Shown: one piece after another, positions 9,277-18,990 of the stretch
How positions within the stretch are numbered: the stretch's first letter is position 1
Layout: each line of letters opens with the position of its first letter
DNA from: an uncultured Clostridia bacterium
GTDB lineage: Bacteria > Bacillota > Clostridia > Christensenellales > UBA1242
DNA length: 64,000 nt
NCBI GenBank assembly: GCA_937896905.1
Contig: CALBOE010000006.1
Span: 382,232-446,231, forward strand
Reading direction: 5' to 3'
Notes under the pieces: generated by a model
The model's database searches: none
Seen by the model: the letters and a program-made list of their open reading frames with translations, nothing else
Told to the model about the DNA's origin: nothing
Position numbers and translations under genes: made by a program

Positions 9277-9783
9277 ATGGAAAAATATCAAATTAGAGAT
9301 TTAATGTTAGCAAAGTACAACGAGCGAGTTGTTTTTGCGGTGTTAAATGCAGGTAAAAACAAGGTTAAAATTATAGGCGCTGGCAAAATTATTCCAATTG
9401 GCCCTTTGGCAAGGGTTGAACAAAAGGTTAATGGCAAAAACCTAGCATTGCACAGTTACGGAGCATTGCGGGCAGGCGAGGTGACTGATATTTATCCACT
9501 TGTTATTTCTGGCGAAGATTTAAATGAGTTAAATGGCAGAAATGGGCTTAATCCGTCCTACAAATTTAGGCCGGGCGACCATAGCAGATTAAGGTTGCTT
9601 GTTGAATTGTTTGGGTTACAAAACAATAAAGAAGCATTGGAATTTATGTTAGGTATAGACGAAAATCACAACTTTAAAAACTCAAATCGTTTTAAAGTTA
9701 TTAAAAAACAGCAACTTATGATGGTGGAAGAGTCAATTAACAGCGAAATAAAACTTGAAGATGCCGATGAAGTTTGCATATAA
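9277..9783 (+). CDS. Hypothetical protein
   Basis: Start moved to the ATG at 9277, which has AAAGGAGA upstream. No recognisable domain. Confidence 0.55.
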   Translation: MEKYQIRDLMLAKYNERVVFAVLNAGKNKVKIIGAGKIIPIGPLARVEQKVNGKNLALHSYGALRAGEVTDIYPLVISGEDLNELNGRNGLNPSYKFRPGDHSRLRLLVELFGLQNNKEALEFMLGIDENHNFKNSNRFKVIKKQQLMMVEESINSEIKLEDADEVCI

Positions 9784-9831
9784 TAGGCAAAACAATATTA
9801 AAATAGGCGGAAAACAAACACTTTGCACAAT

Positions 9832-9861
9832 AAAAAGAACCCAAATGGTTGGGTTCTTTTT
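9832..9861. terminator. Bidirectional terminator between convergent genes
   Basis: AGAACCCA (9836-9843) pairs with TGGGTTCT (9850-9857), flanked by A-run and T-run. Confidence 0.75.
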
Positions 9862-9898
9862 GTTGCTGTGTTTAAAATTTAATAAGTACAAGCAAATG

Positions 9899-10411
9899 TT
9901 AAAATCTAATAGAGCAATCTGGTGTTGAATTTTTAAATTCTTCACATTTGTTTAAATAGTTTTGTTCTATATCAATTGCTGTGTTTAAATCTTTTAGTTT
10001 TGCTTGTAATAATTTAATTCTTGCTTTAACAACCAATTTAGAAATTGGTCTGGTTGCAAGGCAAGGGAAGTTTGCAATTGTGCCAGAAAGAGTGCCAATC
10101 TGCACAAGAGTTACAACCTCTTGCGGGCAACCCAAAAATGCTACAAGGGTTGGCAATGCGGTTAAAGAAACAACGCCGGCAACACCAGTAACAAACGGAG
10201 CCCAAACAGACATCTCTTGCAATTTTGCATATTTTTTATTAAGGGCTATCACCTTTTGTTTTAAAACTTCAATTTGTTTTTGGGATAAATTAATTTTTTG
10301 GGCAGCGCTTTTGGCCCTTTCTTCGCACTGTTCTTGCATAGACCTTTTAGAAAAGTGCTCCATTTGATTTTCTATTTTAAGTGCTTCGCGTTCTTTGTGG
10401 TAACCAATCAT
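9899..10411 (-). CDS. Hypothetical membrane protein (coiled coil, TM hairpin, coiled coil)
   Basis: AGGAGG RBS. Central hydrophobic stretch 'VWAPFVTGVAGVVSLTALPTLVAFLG...IGTLSGTIANF' flanked by heptad-like K/E/Q-rich segments. Confidence 0.55.
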   Translation of the reverse strand: MIGYHKEREALKIENQMEHFSKRSMQEQCEERAKSAAQKINLSQKQIEVLKQKVIALNKKYAKLQEMSVWAPFVTGVAGVVSLTALPTLVAFLGCPQEVVTLVQIGTLSGTIANFPCLATRPISKLVVKARIKLLQAKLKDLNTAIDIEQNYLNKCEEFKNSTPDCSIRF

Positions 10412-10434
10412 AATTTATCCTCCTAATATTGTTG

Positions 10435-10941
10435 TTACAGGCCAGCCTTTGTGCTGGTAATTCTTTCCAGTTCAGCAACAATGGTAGATTTAATGTCGCA
10501 TACTTGCTGGGCAGAAAGTGTAAGTTTGCCTAAAAGTTTCTTCATGGCAGTTTTTTTAATTAAATCATCTTCAAACAAAGGGAAATCCTTCAAAATTCCA
10601 GAAAGGTACCTAATTTGGCCATCTAATTTTTCAACGTAATAAGGTTGGCCCGTTGCAATATCTACAATACGATAGTTTTTATTCCCCTTTTTAATGTCGG
10701 CAAAGAAGTCCGCTCCGCTTGGGGCAAACCTAACTGCATTTGGCATAATTTCAATATGTTCTGGCAAGTTTGCAACTGTGGAAACTAAAACACTGCCACT
10801 TGTTCTAGAAATTGGGTGAATAGTTCCAACAATCAAATCACCTGCATTAAAACCATAAAACAAGTCAAATTTAGAAAAGGTTTTTGTTTCATTCTTTGTT
10901 GATACTGCTTGTGTGCGTTTTTCTTTATTTCTTTTTAACAT
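10435..10941 (-). CDS. Hypothetical protein
   Basis: GGAGG RBS. C-terminal 'LSAQQVCDIKSTIVAELER' is paralogous to the C-terminus of the 10966 gene. Confidence 0.55.
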   Translation of the reverse strand: MLKRNKEKRTQAVSTKNETKTFSKFDLFYGFNAGDLIVGTIHPISRTSGSVLVSTVANLPEHIEIMPNAVRFAPSGADFFADIKKGNKNYRIVDIATGQPYYVEKLDGQIRYLSGILKDFPLFEDDLIKKTAMKKLLGKLTLSAQQVCDIKSTIVAELERITSTKAGL

Positions 10942-10965
10942 AATTAATACCTCCCATACTGTTAA

Positions 10966-11328
10966 TTATAAAGACATATTATTGCAAGCAGTTCCAGATT
11001 TTCTAACTTCATCGAATTTAGTTCGTTCTAGTTCGGCACTAATCATACGTTTAAGCACTTTAATTTCGTCGCCAGAAAGTTGAGTTTGGCTGGTGATGGT
11101 TTTTATTCTTTGTTGCATAGATGTTTCACCAATGAACAAAATGTCGCACTTTAAATCCGTTAGGTGTTTAACTGGTGTGTTTGAAGCTGTAATTGCGTAA
11201 CACTTTCTGGTTAAACTATCAATAAATGCAGGTTTATCGTCCAACTTAAAGGGTATGCCCACAAGAGGAGTTTTGTTTTCATCAATTGTGTAGTATAGTT
11301 TTTTTGTGTAATATTGTTTAGTGTTCAT
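10966..11328 (-). CDS. Hypothetical protein
   Basis: AAGGAG RBS. C-terminal 'LSGDEIKVLKRMISAELER'. Confidence 0.55.
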   Translation of the reverse strand: MNTKQYYTKKLYYTIDENKTPLVGIPFKLDDKPAFIDSLTRKCYAITASNTPVKHLTDLKCDILFIGETSMQQRIKTITSQTQLSGDEIKVLKRMISAELERTKFDEVRKSGTACNNMSL

Positions 11329-11374
11329 AAGTTTAAAATTCTCCTTAAGTTATATCCAACTTATATGTTTTTAT

Positions 11375-11403
11375 AGTATATATGACAAATGGATAAATGT
11401 CAA
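11375..11403 (-). promoter_or_regulatory. Sigma-70 promoter of the three-gene minus-strand operon
   Basis: Minus strand reads TTGACA, 17-nt spacer, TATACT. The spacer contains the inverted TGACA...TGTCA. Confidence 0.6.
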
Positions 11404-11452
11404 CCCCCAAAAAACTACTTAAATGTCCAAATTTTTCTAAATTTATGCTATG

Positions 11453-11481
11453 TTGACAATATTATTCATTTAAGGTATAAT
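11453..11481 (+). promoter_or_regulatory. Consensus sigma-70 promoter
   Basis: TTGACA (11453-11458), 17-nt spacer, TATAAT (11476-11481). Confidence 0.7.
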
Positions 11482-11524
11482 AATGTTCAGCCGTAAATAA
11501 AAACGGCAACACATAGGAGGACTT

Positions 11525-12520
11525 ATGAGAAAAAATCAAGTGGTGTGTCGCAGCATAGACGAAGCCACTAAAATTGCAATTTTTTCACATGTGCACCCAG
11601 ATGCAGACGCTTTATGTTCTTCTTTGGCCCTTAAAAAGATTATTCAAAACAACTTTGAAGGAAAGTTTGTGGACGTGTTTGTTGGCGGAGAAATTGCCAA
11701 ATTATACGATCCAGTTTTAAGGGATCAAGTGGTTAATCCACAGCCATATCGTAATTACGATTTAGCCATTGTGCTAGATTGTCCAAGCTTAGCAAGGCTG
11801 GGAGAATTTGAAGAACTTGCTACGTCTATTCCGCAAATTATTAACATAGACCATCACGCAACCAACGAACGATTTGGAACATGCAACATTGTTTCGCCAG
11901 CGGTTAGCAGCACGTGTGAACTTGTTGCGCTAATTGCTTTTGCCCAGCAACTGCAACTATCTAACACTTGCGCCAAAGAGTTGTATCAGGGCATAATAAC
12001 GGACACCAACTGCTTTACATCTATGAGCATAACCCCAAGAACCCACCACGTTGTTAGCGAACTTTTAAAGTATGAGTTTAATGCCGATGCAATTAAAAAA
12101 TACTATTTTCAAAACAACTCTCCTGCAAAAACAAAACTTTTAACGGGAGCATTAAAGTCGTTAAAATTCTATAAAAATGCACAATTCACAACAATGAAAA
12201 TAGATAATGTAACCTATCAAAACGCACAAGCAAGTTTTGTGGATACATTGGGCATTATAGATAACGGAGTTAACATAAGTAACGCGCAAGTTGGTGCAAT
12301 TTTAATAGAGTCAAAGCCAGGATACATTTATTGCAGTTTGAGAAGCAAGGGAGATGTAAACGTTGGCGAAATTGCAAAACAATTCAACGGGGGCGGAAGC
12401 GCAACCATGGCGGCGTTTCAAACAACTGGAAACATACGAAGCGTAGAGCAACAATTAGTAGACGTAACAAAACCACTGTTGCCAGAAGATGTTGACGACG
12501 ACGAACTTTTATTATTTTAA
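11525..12520 (+). CDS. nrnA: DHH/DHHA1 phosphoesterase (NrnA-like oligoribonuclease / pAp phosphatase)
   Basis: 'FSHVHPDADALCS', 'NIDHHATN', and DHHA1 'GGGSATMAAF'. AGGAGG RBS. Confidence 0.85.
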   Translation: MRKNQVVCRSIDEATKIAIFSHVHPDADALCSSLALKKIIQNNFEGKFVDVFVGGEIAKLYDPVLRDQVVNPQPYRNYDLAIVLDCPSLARLGEFEELATSIPQIINIDHHATNERFGTCNIVSPAVSSTCELVALIAFAQQLQLSNTCAKELYQGIITDTNCFTSMSITPRTHHVVSELLKYEFNADAIKKYYFQNNSPAKTKLLTGALKSLKFYKNAQFTTMKIDNVTYQNAQASFVDTLGIIDNGVNISNAQVGAILIESKPGYIYCSLRSKGDVNVGEIAKQFNGGGSATMAAFQTTGNIRSVEQQLVDVTKPLLPEDVDDDELLLF

Positions 12521-12550
12521 AAAACAACCAGCAAAATGCTGGTGTTTTTA

Positions 12551-13528
12551 TTATTTTTTGTTTTTGTTTCGCTCTAACTTAACTAGCCATAAAGCTGTGG
12601 CGAAACCGACGATTAATAGGATTATGCCAAGCGCCAAATCAAGTCCGTTCCAAAGGGTGAAGTTTCTCCAAGATTTATATATAGCAATCATGTCGGCACT
12701 AATTAGCATAGAAGCTATTGAGCCTAACGACAATCCAACAATGCAATACATCGTGCTTGTTTTAGCAATGCTAAACAAAAATGTTAAAAACTTAGAAAAA
12801 GAAAGCAATCCTAAAACAAAACCCACAATTAGGCAAAGGTAAATAATAAAAATTGTTGGGTTGGCACGCCAAAAGGATAAACTAACCGAGTTAAACAACG
12901 GCTTAAAGTATCCAAAAGCCATTAAAATTGCCGTGGCACTTAGCCCGGGCACAACTTGCGTTATGGCAACAACATAGCCAAACAATAAATACAATAGCGC
13001 ATAGCCAACATTAAACGAATTAACAAGGTTTTCACTTGTAAGCGTTTGGCCATTGGTAAATGTTAAAGAAAGGGTAGTAATTAAAATTGGCACCAAAATG
13101 CCAACGATAAGCAGCCCCCACCTTTTTGCATTCGGTTTTGTGTTAGAAATTTCGTCTTTAATGCTTGGAAACGCTCCCGCCATAAGCCCCACAAACAGCA
13201 AAATGGTTGCAAATGGAAGAAGGTTTAAAAGTTGTTTAACTGTAACAAATCCAATCAGCAAGCCAACAACAGCACCAATAATAATTGGAAGCAAAAATTT
13301 AAAACATTGCTTAAACTTTTTAAATAGGTTAGAAAGGGCCGTTAGCAATTGGTTATAGAGTTTAAAAATAATAGCAATGGCGCTTCCGCTAACGCCAGGA
13401 ACAATAATTGCCAAACCCACAAAAAATCCCAATGCACTGCTTTTAATAAATGTTTCTTTGCTGTGGCCTTTTTCAATTTGTGCCAAAGCGTTATCTTGAG
13501 AATTATCAACGTTTTCCAAATTCTCCAT
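12551..13528 (-). CDS. DUF368 family membrane protein (PopT-type polyprenyl-phosphate transporter family)
   Basis: Polytopic. 'VPGVSGSAIAIIFKLYNQL' and second-half 'VPGLSATAILMAFGYF' signatures. Start lies 1 nt after the stop of the upstream sugar transferase. Confidence 0.8.
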   Translation of the reverse strand: MENLENVDNSQDNALAQIEKGHSKETFIKSSALGFFVGLAIIVPGVSGSAIAIIFKLYNQLLTALSNLFKKFKQCFKFLLPIIIGAVVGLLIGFVTVKQLLNLLPFATILLFVGLMAGAFPSIKDEISNTKPNAKRWGLLIVGILVPILITTLSLTFTNGQTLTSENLVNSFNVGYALLYLLFGYVVAITQVVPGLSATAILMAFGYFKPLFNSVSLSFWRANPTIFIIYLCLIVGFVLGLLSFSKFLTFLFSIAKTSTMYCIVGLSLGSIASMLISADMIAIYKSWRNFTLWNGLDLALGIILLIVGFATALWLVKLERNKNKK

Positions 13529-13529
13529 A

Positions 13530-14303
13530 CTAATTTCCCTTAACAGATTTCTTTTTGTGCAAGTGTTGTTGATAGGTAACTTGCCCCATATTTTTGATAA
13601 TCTTATCTGCTTCTTTCAAACCTCGGTTGTATTGGTCCTTTGTTATTTGCTTAGATTTTAACAAGTGGTCGGGGTAATAATATTCTCGTTTTTTGTTATT
13701 TTTTTCAGCTCCGCTTGCAGAACCGCCTTTAAACACCGCAAAGAAAGTGCCAAAAAACAATTTAAAGTCGTTTTTAAATGTAACATTTTGTGCGTATTCT
13801 AAATCTCTTTTAAAAACACTTTCCCAGCTAGATTCACTGTTTCGGTCGTAAACTTGCGCAGGTCCAGTTAGTCCTGGTTTTACAGAATATGCTTTTAAAA
13901 CTTCTTCGTCGTAAAAAACCATATCCTTAACCAACCTTGGGCGAGGGCCAATAATGCTCATATCGCCTTTTAAAATGTTAAAAAGTTGAGGTAGCTCGTC
14001 CAAACTGGTTTTTCTTAAAAATTTGCCAAATTTGGTTATTCGTTCACTATCTGGCAAAAGATTTCCGTTTTTATCTTTTTTATTTGTCATGCTACGGAAC
14101 TTATAAAACTTAAAAATTTTACCGTCTTTGCCCGGCCTGTACTGAGCAAAAATAACTGGCCAACCAATAAAACAAAGCGAAAGTAAACTAATAATTAAAT
14201 ATATTGGCGAAAGAATTATAATTGCAATTAGCGACAAAACAACATCAAAAAATCTTTTAAAAAATTTTGCATAAATCCCACGTTTTCTAGTTGACTTTTC
14301 CAT
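13530..14303 (-). CDS. Initiating sugar-phosphate transferase (small bacterial sugar transferase / PGT family)
   Basis: 'FKRFFDVVLSLIAIIILSPIYL', 'KFYKFRSM', 'DELPQLFNILKGDMSIIGPRP'. Confidence 0.9.
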   Translation of the reverse strand: MEKSTRKRGIYAKFFKRFFDVVLSLIAIIILSPIYLIISLLSLCFIGWPVIFAQYRPGKDGKIFKFYKFRSMTNKKDKNGNLLPDSERITKFGKFLRKTSLDELPQLFNILKGDMSIIGPRPRLVKDMVFYDEEVLKAYSVKPGLTGPAQVYDRNSESSWESVFKRDLEYAQNVTFKNDFKLFFGTFFAVFKGGSASGAEKNNKKREYYYPDHLLKSKQITKDQYNRGLKEADKIIKNMGQVTYQQHLHKKKSVKGN

Positions 14304-14374
14304 GTAAACCTCTATGCTAGTATATTAGCATAAAAAGATTTATATTTCAATAAAAAACACGCAAGTTCCATAAT

Positions 14375-14764
14375 TTAGCAGAATATTTCAGGGCCAACAT
14401 TCAATTTAAGTTTTTCAAGTTTTGGTTTTAAATTTGAGGTTATTTGTTGCAAATCGCCATACATTTTTTCCAGTACCACAGGAAGAGATTCGGCATTTTT
14501 TTGTTGAAGGGTTAAAAACGCATTGTTACATAATAATTGCTGTTTTAACACCATAAAAGACGTGTTGTTTAAATTTAATTTTTCAAACAAAAATTCGTAG
14601 GCCGATTTAAGTTTGTTGCCAATATCTTGTGTATTTTGCAACAGTTGTGTGCAATTTGGCTGGCCACACTCATCATTTAATGAGCAGTTTAAAAAGTTGA
14701 TTATAACACTAATTTTCACATAGTCGTCAATAAGTGAAAGTTTAATTTTTGCTTTATTTATCAT
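14375..14764 (-). CDS. Hypothetical protein
   Basis: ORF only, no recognisable motif. Confidence 0.45.
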   Translation of the reverse strand: MINKAKIKLSLIDDYVKISVIINFLNCSLNDECGQPNCTQLLQNTQDIGNKLKSAYEFLFEKLNLNNTSFMVLKQQLLCNNAFLTLQQKNAESLPVVLEKMYGDLQQITSNLKPKLEKLKLNVGPEIFC

Positions 14765-14937
14765 ATCGATAGTATATGCATAATTTTTAAAATATTTCGT
14801 TATGAATATTTTGCTTAAATACTTTTATTATTTAAGTTATAAGCTTAATTCCTTGCATTAACACATAAATTATGGTAAACTGATTTTTATAAAAAATTAA
14901 AAGGCAGTGTGAGGTTTTGCGCTGAATTCTACAAAAA

Positions 14938-16212
14938 ATGAAAAATTCTTCAAATGCACAAAAGGTTAAACAGTTTTATTTGTTAAACAAGGAGTTAATT
15001 CATTTCTTCTTGTTGGCTTGTTTGTTTTTTGTTTCCTGTTTTTTTAAACCCTTTGTTTGGGTTGCATTTTCATTAATGGCAACAATGATTTTGTTTGGAG
15101 GCATAGAGGAAGGATTTTCTTACTTAGTGTTTGGTGCACCTTTCCATTTTATTCATGCCGTCTACAGTTCTGTGGCATATTTAGTGTGCGCTGTTCTATT
15201 TGTTGTTAAATTTTTAATTGTGCTTTTTGTTAAAGAAAAACAAAAAATTAGCAAGTTAACCCTAATTGCACTTTCAATATTTTTCTTGTATATGATTTTG
15301 CCTATTGGGCCATACACATTAAGAATGTGGATGAAAGTTGTTATGATGCTTTTTGTGTTAATTTTAATAAGTTCATTAAATAAAAAAGCAGAGGCATTGC
15401 GCATTGAAAAAAATATAAGAGTGTTTGCTGTGGCGCTAGTAATATCTGCACTGTTTAGTGTTCCATTTTGTTTTAACCAGTATGTTCAAGCTTTAAACGG
15501 GGCAAGCTTTCCAAGGTTTCAAGGGTTATTTAACAGAGCAACAGTTTTAAGTATGTTTTGTGAAGTTGCAATTGGACTAATTGCATATAATCTTGTTAAA
15601 ATTCGCCACTGGAAGGATTGGGTGCTGTTTGGTTTAATAACTGTTGTTGGAGCATTAACACTTTCTAAAACCTTCTTTATAATTCTGCTTGTTGTGTTAG
15701 TTATGATGTTTGTTTTCCTTGTTAGGGCAAACCCTAAAAAGACTTTAATTATTTCCGGTTGCGTTGTTGGTGCTGTGCTGATTTTAGGTGCAATTTTCCC
15801 CAAATACTTCATTTTAATTTTTAACAGATTTTTTGGCAAATTTAGTGAATGTAAATCGGTTACAGATGTGATAAATATGATAACCACTTATAGGTACGAT
15901 TTGTGGCTAGATTATTTGCAGTTTTTAGGTGCAAACCCAGTGCGGCTAATATTTGGCTCTGGTTTGGGTGCTGGCAGAGTTGGTTATGGAAGTTCCCACA
16001 ATGCCTACATATCGATAGTTTATCAACTAGGGTTGGTTGGGTTAGCATTGTTTGTTTTTGCAATAGTGGCAATATTTAAAGAAAGAAAAAATCAAATAAA
16101 GCAAGAAGAATCGCAAGAAAAGCCAAAAAAAGATTTAAGAACAATAATTCCTTTAACCGTTATAGCGCTTATATTAATGGTTGAAGATATGATTTTATTT
16201 ATTTTGCCTTAG
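14938..16212 (+). CDS. O-antigen polymerase/ligase-like membrane protein (Wzy-type)
   Basis: About 10 TM segments. Wzy_C-like 'GSGLGAGRVGYGSSHNAYISIVYQLGLVG'. Confidence 0.8.
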   Translation: MKNSSNAQKVKQFYLLNKELIHFFLLACLFFVSCFFKPFVWVAFSLMATMILFGGIEEGFSYLVFGAPFHFIHAVYSSVAYLVCAVLFVVKFLIVLFVKEKQKISKLTLIALSIFFLYMILPIGPYTLRMWMKVVMMLFVLILISSLNKKAEALRIEKNIRVFAVALVISALFSVPFCFNQYVQALNGASFPRFQGLFNRATVLSMFCEVAIGLIAYNLVKIRHWKDWVLFGLITVVGALTLSKTFFIILLVVLVMMFVFLVRANPKKTLIISGCVVGAVLILGAIFPKYFILIFNRFFGKFSECKSVTDVINMITTYRYDLWLDYLQFLGANPVRLIFGSGLGAGRVGYGSSHNAYISIVYQLGLVGLALFVFAIVAIFKERKNQIKQEESQEKPKKDLRTIIPLTVIALILMVEDMILFILP

Positions 16213-16222
16213 GAGGGAGAAC

Positions 16223-17065
16223 ATGGCAAACGAAAATTTAAAAAACACTAACATTTCAGTTTTAATGAGTGTTTATAAAAACGACAAAGCCGAATGGCTT
16301 AAACTTGCAGTGGAAAGCGTTATAAATCAAACAAAAAAGCCAGAAGAGGTTGTGTTGATTATAGATGGCCCTATTGGTGAAGAATTAAGAGGGGCAGTTC
16401 AAGAACTGCAAGCAAAGTATGCAGAAATTAAAACCTTTCAAAACGAAAAAAACTTAGGGTTGGGTTTAACGCTTCAGCACGGCATTCAAAAATGCAAAAA
16501 CGAAATTGTTGCAAGAATGGATAGCGACGACTATTCCGTTCCAACAAGGTTCGAAATCGAACTTGAATACATGCTAAAAAACAACCTAGATTTGGTTGGC
16601 AGTTCGGTTAAAGAGTTTATGGGCGACGTTAATAACGTGGTTGCAACCAAAACAGTGCCAACAACCCAAGAGGCAATAAAAAAGTATTCCAAAACAAGAA
16701 ATCCCTTTTGTCACCCATCTGTTATGTTTAAAAAATCGGCAGTTTTGGCAGCGGGCAACTACATAGACATGAAACTGTGTGAGGACTATTATCTTTGGGT
16801 AAGAATGCTTCAAAACAATTGCAAAGTGGGCAATATAGCCGAAAGTTTGGTTTATATGCGCACCAGCGAAGATATGTATAAGCGCAGAGGTGGCAGAAGC
16901 TACTACAATTCACAAAAACAGTTGTTGAAATATATGAAAAAAACAAAATATATTGGAACGTTCACATATTTAAAAAGTTGCTGTGCAAGGTTCTTTGTTC
17001 AGGTTATGTTGCCAAATTCATTAAGGCAAAAAATGTATTTAAAAAAATTAAGGGCCAAGGCGTAA
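16223..17065 (+). CDS. Glycosyltransferase family 2
   Basis: 'ISVLMSVYKNDKAEWLKLAVESVINQT', 'RMDSDDYS' (DxD). Confidence 0.88.
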   Translation: MANENLKNTNISVLMSVYKNDKAEWLKLAVESVINQTKKPEEVVLIIDGPIGEELRGAVQELQAKYAEIKTFQNEKNLGLGLTLQHGIQKCKNEIVARMDSDDYSVPTRFEIELEYMLKNNLDLVGSSVKEFMGDVNNVVATKTVPTTQEAIKKYSKTRNPFCHPSVMFKKSAVLAAGNYIDMKLCEDYYLWVRMLQNNCKVGNIAESLVYMRTSEDMYKRRGGRSYYNSQKQLLKYMKKTKYIGTFTYLKSCCARFFVQVMLPNSLRQKMYLKKLRAKA

Positions 17066-17093
17066 TAGAATTAACTAAATAAAAGGGAAGAAA

Positions 17094-17837
17094 ATGAAAG
17101 AAAATAAAATACCAAAAGTTATTCACTATATTTGGGTGGGGGGTAACCCTCTAACTCCGCTTGCAGAAAAGTGCATTGCAAGTTGGAAGAAATTTTGCCC
17201 AGACTACGAAATAAAAAGATGGGACGAAACAAATTTTGACATAAATGAAAACGAATATTGCAAACAGGCATATGAAAATAAAAAATGGGCATTTGTTTCG
17301 GATTATATAAGGTTAAAAGTGTTGTATGAAGAAGGCGGTATATACATGGATACCGATGTTGAAGTTGTAAAACCGCTTGACAAATTTTTGCACCATTCAG
17401 CATTTTCTGGTTACGAAGATTACAACTCAATTCCAACAGGCATTATAGCAAGCGAAAAGCATGGCTTGTGGGTTGAAAGGTTGTTAAGAGATTATAACAC
17501 AAAAAAATTCATTAATAATGATGGCAGTTTTAATTTAGAAACAAATGTTGTTCAAATAACAAAAACAACAAAAGAAATGGCTCCAAATTTAGTTTTAAAC
17601 AATGAGTTTATAGATTTGGGCGATGTGGTGTTTTATCCAAAGGATTATTTTTGTCCAATAAATTTAATTACTAACAAGAAGAAAATAACAAACAACACAC
17701 ACACAATTCACTGGTTTGCTGGCAGTTGGTATTCGTTTAAAGACAAATTAAAAAGAAGAACAAAAAAAGTTTTAAATTTCATCACCTTTGGCCTTTTTGG
17801 TAAAGTTGCAAGAAAAATAAAAGAGAGCAAAAAATGA
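17094..17837 (+). CDS. Glycosyltransferase, GT32-like (DXD sugar-transferase)
   Basis: 'IPKVIHYIWVGG', 'VSDYIRLKVLYEEGGIYMDTDVE'. Confidence 0.8.
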   Translation: MKENKIPKVIHYIWVGGNPLTPLAEKCIASWKKFCPDYEIKRWDETNFDINENEYCKQAYENKKWAFVSDYIRLKVLYEEGGIYMDTDVEVVKPLDKFLHHSAFSGYEDYNSIPTGIIASEKHGLWVERLLRDYNTKKFINNDGSFNLETNVVQITKTTKEMAPNLVLNNEFIDLGDVVFYPKDYFCPINLITNKKKITNNTHTIHWFAGSWYSFKDKLKRRTKKVLNFITFGLFGKVARKIKESKK

Positions 17838-18988
17838 GCAAGTTATGTTACGTATGTTCACTGGTTTGTGAATTTAAAGGTGAGTTTGTTAGAACGTTAG
17901 AAGCGGTTAAAGAAAAGGTTAAGCAAGAAAAGATTTTTAGTGATGTGGTGTTTGTGTTTCCTAAAGATGCTAAGGGTTTGGGCTATATGGTGGATTTTGA
18001 AAAACAGCACACAGTGTATTTTATTGAAAAGCCAGCAAGGCAACCTAAAAAGAAGCTAGTGAATTTTGTAAAAGGCTTATGCTCGGTTTATAATAAACAG
18101 ATAGTAAACCAACTAAATGAAATTATTACAAAAGAAAGTGTTTCAACCATTCATTCGCATTTTGAAGAGTATGACTTTGAGTGTTATGCTGTTGCAAAAA
18201 AACACAAATTAAATTGTTTCATTCATTTTCACGATGCGTTAATCGATGCCTACAAACAACTTCCAAACAAACTTTATGGCAAGCTTAAATTATGGCTAAT
18301 TAAAAGAAAGTACAGAAAATTGCTAAAATACGCAAAGTTAATAGCCGTTAGTGAATATTCATTCAATCAACTTAAAGAATTTGTAAAATCTAAAAACATT
18401 ATCCTATTAAAGAATAGGATAGATTTAAATTATATTAAAACGAAAGAAAATTTTAATTCAAACATTCAAGTGTTTGGCTCTATTGTAACAAGGGAACCAA
18501 AAGGGTTAAGCACAATTTTAGAAGCAGCAAAAATTTTAAAACAACAATCAATTGATTGTAAATTTAAACTAATTTGCACAGATGCCACCAAGCAAGTTAT
18601 TTTAGCAGGTTACAAGGATTTAGTAGATTGCGGAACAATTGAAATTTTTAATGTTTTTGAAAATTTCAACGAATTTTTAAATCAAATAGATTGTTATATT
18701 TCTGCCAGCCATTTTGAAACATTTTCTTATGGAATTGCCGAAGCGTTAAGGTTTGGCGTGCCGTGCATAATAAGTGACATACCATCAACCTTGTGGGCGG
18801 TTGAATCTAAAAACGCTATTTTGTTTAATTTAAAAGACGCAACCAGCTTGGCAACAAAAATTGCGGAAACAATAAAGCGTGGAAACAATATAGACAATTG
18901 CAAATATGCAAGCAAGTTTATTGGTGAAGAATATAATCTAAACAAGCTAACAAACGAAATTTGCGAAATATATACAAAAGGAAACTAA
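17834..18988 (+). CDS. Glycosyltransferase, GT4/GT1-like
   Basis: ATGA overlap with upstream gene. C-terminal 'SHFETFSYGIAEALRFGVPCIISD' (E-x7-E-type region). Confidence 0.78.
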   Translation: MSKLCYVCSLVCEFKGEFVRTLEAVKEKVKQEKIFSDVVFVFPKDAKGLGYMVDFEKQHTVYFIEKPARQPKKKLVNFVKGLCSVYNKQIVNQLNEIITKESVSTIHSHFEEYDFECYAVAKKHKLNCFIHFHDALIDAYKQLPNKLYGKLKLWLIKRKYRKLLKYAKLIAVSEYSFNQLKEFVKSKNIILLKNRIDLNYIKTKENFNSNIQVFGSIVTREPKGLSTILEAAKILKQQSIDCKFKLICTDATKQVILAGYKDLVDCGTIEIFNVFENFNEFLNQIDCYISASHFETFSYGIAEALRFGVPCIISDIPSTLWAVESKNAILFNLKDATSLATKIAETIKRGNNIDNCKYASKFIGEEYNLNKLTNEICEIYTKGN

Positions 18989-18990
18989 AC

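Noticed and set aside
11381-11400. GACAAATGG in the chromosomal promoter at 11381-11400 resembling the island hairpin apex CAAATGN
   Set aside because: A short A/T-rich word with a single occurrence is most likely coincidence.
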